This document shows positions 5,420 through 7,515 of a stretch of 7,515 nucleotides of DNA, piece by piece. The stretch's first letter is position 1. Each line of letters starts with the position of its first letter. The translations under genes were made by a program, and so were the position numbers. The notes below the pieces were generated by a model, which was given only the letters and a program-made list of their open reading frames with translations, did not search any database and was not told where the DNA came from. The stretch comes from a virus (taxonomy: Duplodnaviria; Heunggongvirae; Uroviricota; Caudoviricetes): the IMG/VR virus record IMGVR_UViG_2526164690_000027, positions 1-7,515 of that record; one strand, given 5' to 3'.

Positions 5420-5460
5420 TTTCTTTCCTCTGGTGACAAGCTATATGGCGAGGATTTTAC

Positions 5461-5826
5461 ATGGCTGTGCTTCGTACGTTACCGGGCAGAATCAAAACTC
5501 TGAATACCCGGCGGGTGAATGTCCTGAAGGGTGAACAGCGTCGGGTCAGTGGCAGTGCACGTGTTTCCCTCAAGCGTCGTATCTGGCTGAGGGATGCCGG
5601 GCAGTGCTGTCTCTGTGGTCGTGTGGTTGACCTCTGTGACAGTGAACTCGATCACCGAATTGCACTTCAGTTCGGTGGTGGTAATGAGGAGACGAATCTC
5701 TGGACGCTCTGTACCGAATGCCATCGACAAAAGTCTGCTCGTGAAGTGGCGGGTGGTATGCCGGACCCGACGCTGCCGGAGGTGTCCGGAGGTCATGGCA
5801 GGGCAGACGATATCATCGGACTGTGA
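5461..5826 (+). CDS. HNH endonuclease, terminase-associated (HK97 gp74-like)
   Basis: 121-aa ORF with SD AGGA 6 nt upstream. Classic HNH architecture: C-C-L-C ... D-H ... N-L-W ... C-T-E-C-H. Located immediately upstream of the cos-like region and terS, as in HK97-like phages. Confidence 0.85.
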   Translation: MAVLRTLPGRIKTLNTRRVNVLKGEQRRVSGSARVSLKRRIWLRDAGQCCLCGRVVDLCDSELDHRIALQFGGGNEETNLWTLCTECHRQKSAREVAGGMPDPTLPEVSGGHGRADDIIGL

Positions 5827-5900
5827 CCCGCCCCGGGGGGGGGATCATCCGGCGAAAAAAACGATCCGCCCCGGACACCGCCCCCCGTCTCATGCAGAAG
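5827..5900. other. GC-rich segment with a G9 homopolymer; candidate cos cleavage (cosN-like) region
   Basis: CCCGCCCCGGGGGGGGG at 5828-5843, then GATCATCCGGCG, an A7 run, and CGATCCGCCCCGGACACCGCCCCCCG. Lies between the HNH and terS genes, where cos sits in HK97-like phages. The exact nick sites cannot be determined from sequence alone. Confidence 0.25.
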
Positions 5901-5917
5901 AAAAAATTCCTGTTCAG

Positions 5918-5939
5918 GCCAGTTAACATGTTAACTGGC
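5918..5939. repeat. 22-bp perfect palindrome GCCAGTTAACATGTTAACTGGC (followed by 8-bp palindrome GCCCGGGC at 5941-5948)
   Basis: Sequence 5918-5939 equals its own reverse complement (verified base by base). The flanking pair 5917/5940 breaks the symmetry. Confidence 0.9.
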
Positions 5940-6044
5940 TGCCCGGGCATTTTTCGGTTTTTATCTTTATTATTCAGTTTGTTGTGCGAAAAAAATGTTA
6001 ACTGGCTTTTTCAGCAAATGTTAACCAGGCAGCAGTTAACATTT
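5918..6044. promoter_or_regulatory. Array of GTTAAC-centred half-sites (consensus CAGTTAACAT); putative terminase small-subunit binding region (cosB-like) or other dimeric-protein operator
   Basis: Five GTTAAC cores at 5922, 5930, 5997, 6020 and 6035. ATGTTAACTGGC at 5995-6006 is identical to the right half of the palindrome. ATGTTAACCAGGC at 6018-6030 and GCAGTTAACAT at 6032-6042 form an inverted pair with a 9-bp spacer. An AT-rich spacer (5950-5994) separates the palindrome from the other sites. Confidence 0.4.
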
Positions 6045-6116
6045 GCGGCATGAGACGCCGGGAAAAATGGGCTGAACCATACCCGGCTGAGTGCGTTATG
6101 GACCCGGGAGGAGGCT

Positions 6117-6680
6117 GTGCTGACAACGCAAAAACGAAAATTTGCGCTGGCGCTCATGTCCGGGAAAAACAAAACAGCGTCAGCCATTGCCGCTGGTTAT
6201 TCGGCGAAGACCGCCAGGGTTAAAGGCTCGCAGCTGGCAAAAGATCCGGAGGTGCTTGCGTTTATAGCCCGTAAACAATGCGAGACGGTGGAGGTGGATG
6301 AGGTTCCTGTTTACCGGCAGAAAAAATCAGAGCAGGAGGATAAACCCCGTCGCCGTGAGGCGGCTGCAATACCACAGCCGGACGAAAACAATCCGGAGAT
6401 GCCACCGTCCGCGGTGATGTCTCCTGGTATTGAATATATGGAGGATGGTCTTCCCGATCCGGTGAAAGCGATGGGGCGTCTTCTGGTGGAGAACATTAAT
6501 ACCGACCCCAGGCTGGCGCTGGATGCGGCTTATAAGCTGGCGCAGTTCACGCACCATAAAAAAGGGGATGCCGGTAAAAAATCGGCAAAAGGTGACGCGG
6601 CGAAAAAAGCGGCTAACCGTTTTGCGGTGCCACCACCACCCCGCCTGGTGGTGAATAATGATAATGAGGGCAACGAATGA
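6117..6680 (+). CDS. terS: Terminase small subunit (Terminase_2-like, N-terminal HTH DNA-binding domain)
   Basis: GTG start at 6117 with SD GGAGG at 6107-6111. N-terminus ...KRKFALALMSGKNKTASAIAAGYSAKTARVKGSQLAKDPEV... matches the conserved small-terminase DNA-binding motif (AGYS..TA...GS.L) from memory. Stop overlaps the terL start (ATGA at 6677-6680). Confidence 0.85.
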   Translation: MLTTQKRKFALALMSGKNKTASAIAAGYSAKTARVKGSQLAKDPEVLAFIARKQCETVEVDEVPVYRQKKSEQEDKPRRREAAAIPQPDENNPEMPPSAVMSPGIEYMEDGLPDPVKAMGRLLVENINTDPRLALDAAYKLAQFTHHKKGDAGKKSAKGDAAKKAANRFAVPPPPRLVVNNDNEGNE

Positions 6681-7515
6681 TACCTGTGTGGAGCACGGCC
6701 TGCCCGGACTGGGCAGAGCGCCTGAAAAAGGGGCTGTCGATTATTCCGGCTCCGATTTATCCGGAGCAGGCTGCACATGCACTGGCGATTTTTAAACAAC
6801 TGCGGATTGTGGATGCACCGGGTAGCCCGACATTCGGGGAGTCCTGTGCACCGTGGGTGTTTGACCTGGTGGCGGCCCTGTTTGGCTCCTACGATGCGCA
6901 GACCGGTGTTCGCCATATCAAGGAAGTGTTTATCCTTATCCCCAAGAAAAACAGTAAGTCCACGCTGGCCGCGGGGATCATGATGACGGCGCTGTTACTG
7001 AACTGGCGGCAGGCGGCGGGCTACACCATTCTGGCCCCGACCGTGGAGGTGGCGGCTAACGCCTTCAACCCTGCCAGGGATATGGTACGACGGGACGATG
7101 ATCTGGATGACCTCTGTCAGGTGCAGACACATATCCGGACCATCACCCATCGGGTGACGGACACCACCCTGAAGGTGGTGGCAGCCGATCCGAATACGGT
7201 GTCCGGTATCAAGTCCGTGGGGACACTGATTGATGAACTGTGGCTGTTTGGCAAGCAGTACAAGGCGGAAGACATGCTACGTGAAGCCATCGGCGGGCTT
7301 GCCTCCCGTCCGGAAGGGTTTGTGGTGTATACGACCACCCAGTCGAATGAAACCGCCCGCCGGGGTGTTCAGACAGAAACTGCAGTATGCCCGGGATGTC
7401 CGTGACGGCAAAATTCATGATCCGCACTTTCTGCCGGTGATTTTTGAGCATCCTCCTGAAATGGTGGAAAGCGGGGCTCATCTGCTGATGGAAACCTCGC
7501 CATGGTTAACCCGAA
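6677..7515 (+). pseudogene. terL: Terminase large subunit, N-terminal ATPase domain; reading frame broken by an apparent +1 frameshift near 7349-7353; continues in the 0-frame to the window end (3'-partial)
   Basis: Frame-2 ORF 6677-7405 (242 aa) contains a deviant Walker A ...ILIPKKNSKST... but is far too short for a TerL. Its last 17 codons (TARRGVQTETAVCPGCP) look non-protein-like. The 0-frame is open from 7230 to the window end and reads protein-like from 7353 (PPAGVFRQKLQYARDVRDGKIHDPHFLPVIFEHPPEMVESGAHLLMETSPWLT). Junction is at the GAAA tract 7349-7352. Could be a real mutation or a sequencing error. Confidence 0.55.

Noticed and set aside
5262-5926. Track ORFs 5262..5534(+), 5479..5796(-), 5594..5926(+)
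   Set aside because: They overlap the YlcI-like and HNH genes in alternate or antisense frames and lack start signals.
5918-6044. Possibility that the repeated GTTAAC elements are a CRISPR array or transposon inverted repeats
   Set aside because: Only 10-12 bp units, irregular spacing, palindromic in themselves, no flanking transposase or cas genes; the context is a phage cos/terminase region.
5823-6053. 76-aa + ORF across the cos-like region
   Set aside because: Spans the GC-rich segment, the palindrome and the half-site array; the pattern there is that of DNA sites, not codons, and there is no SD.
6311-7481. Track ORFs 6311..6496(-), 6327..6557(-), 6530..6916(-), 6777..6983(+), 7117..7338(-), 7209..7481(-)
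   Set aside because: All are antisense or alternate-frame ORFs within the terminase genes with Arg/Cys/His-rich translations.
1-7515. tRNA, rRNA, integrase/att or IS elements
   Set aside because: No cloverleaf-like conserved tRNA features, rRNA-like segments, recombinase ORFs or terminal inverted repeats with target duplications were seen; absence is by eye only, since no search tools were run.

Overview
This window is a late-region segment of a lambdoid prophage from an enterobacterial (E. coli-like) genome, with HK97-style packaging genes. Almost everything is on the + strand. In order: (1) the 3' ~1.5 kb of a moron esterase gene that runs off the window start; (2) an intergenic region with two related stem-loops and a strong intrinsic terminator; (3) a class II (pinholin-type) holin; (4) an AT-rich ~690-bp insert carrying an antisense 104-aa ORF; (5) a SAR endolysin; (6) a second intrinsic terminator; (7) four tightly packed small hydrophobic ORFs of 28-43 aa; (8) Rz with embedded Rz1; (9) a translationally coupled 74-aa Cys-rich ORF; (10) a noncoding AT-rich stretch; (11) a divergent small YlcI-like gene; (12) an HNH endonuclease; (13) a cos-like intergenic region with a 22-bp perfect palindrome and an array of GTTAAC-centred half-sites; (14) terminase small subunit; (15) terminase large subunit, which appears interrupted by a +1 frameshift and then runs off the window end. 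No tRNA, rRNA, CRISPR array or IS element was recognised. The best candidates for undescribed biology are the small-membrane-ORF cluster between endolysin and spanins, and the antisense ORF island between holin and endolysin. The cos-region repeat architecture and the terL frameshift are also worth follow-up. All homology statements come from reading the translations and recalling known phage proteins; no database search or computation was run, and GC content was judged by eye.
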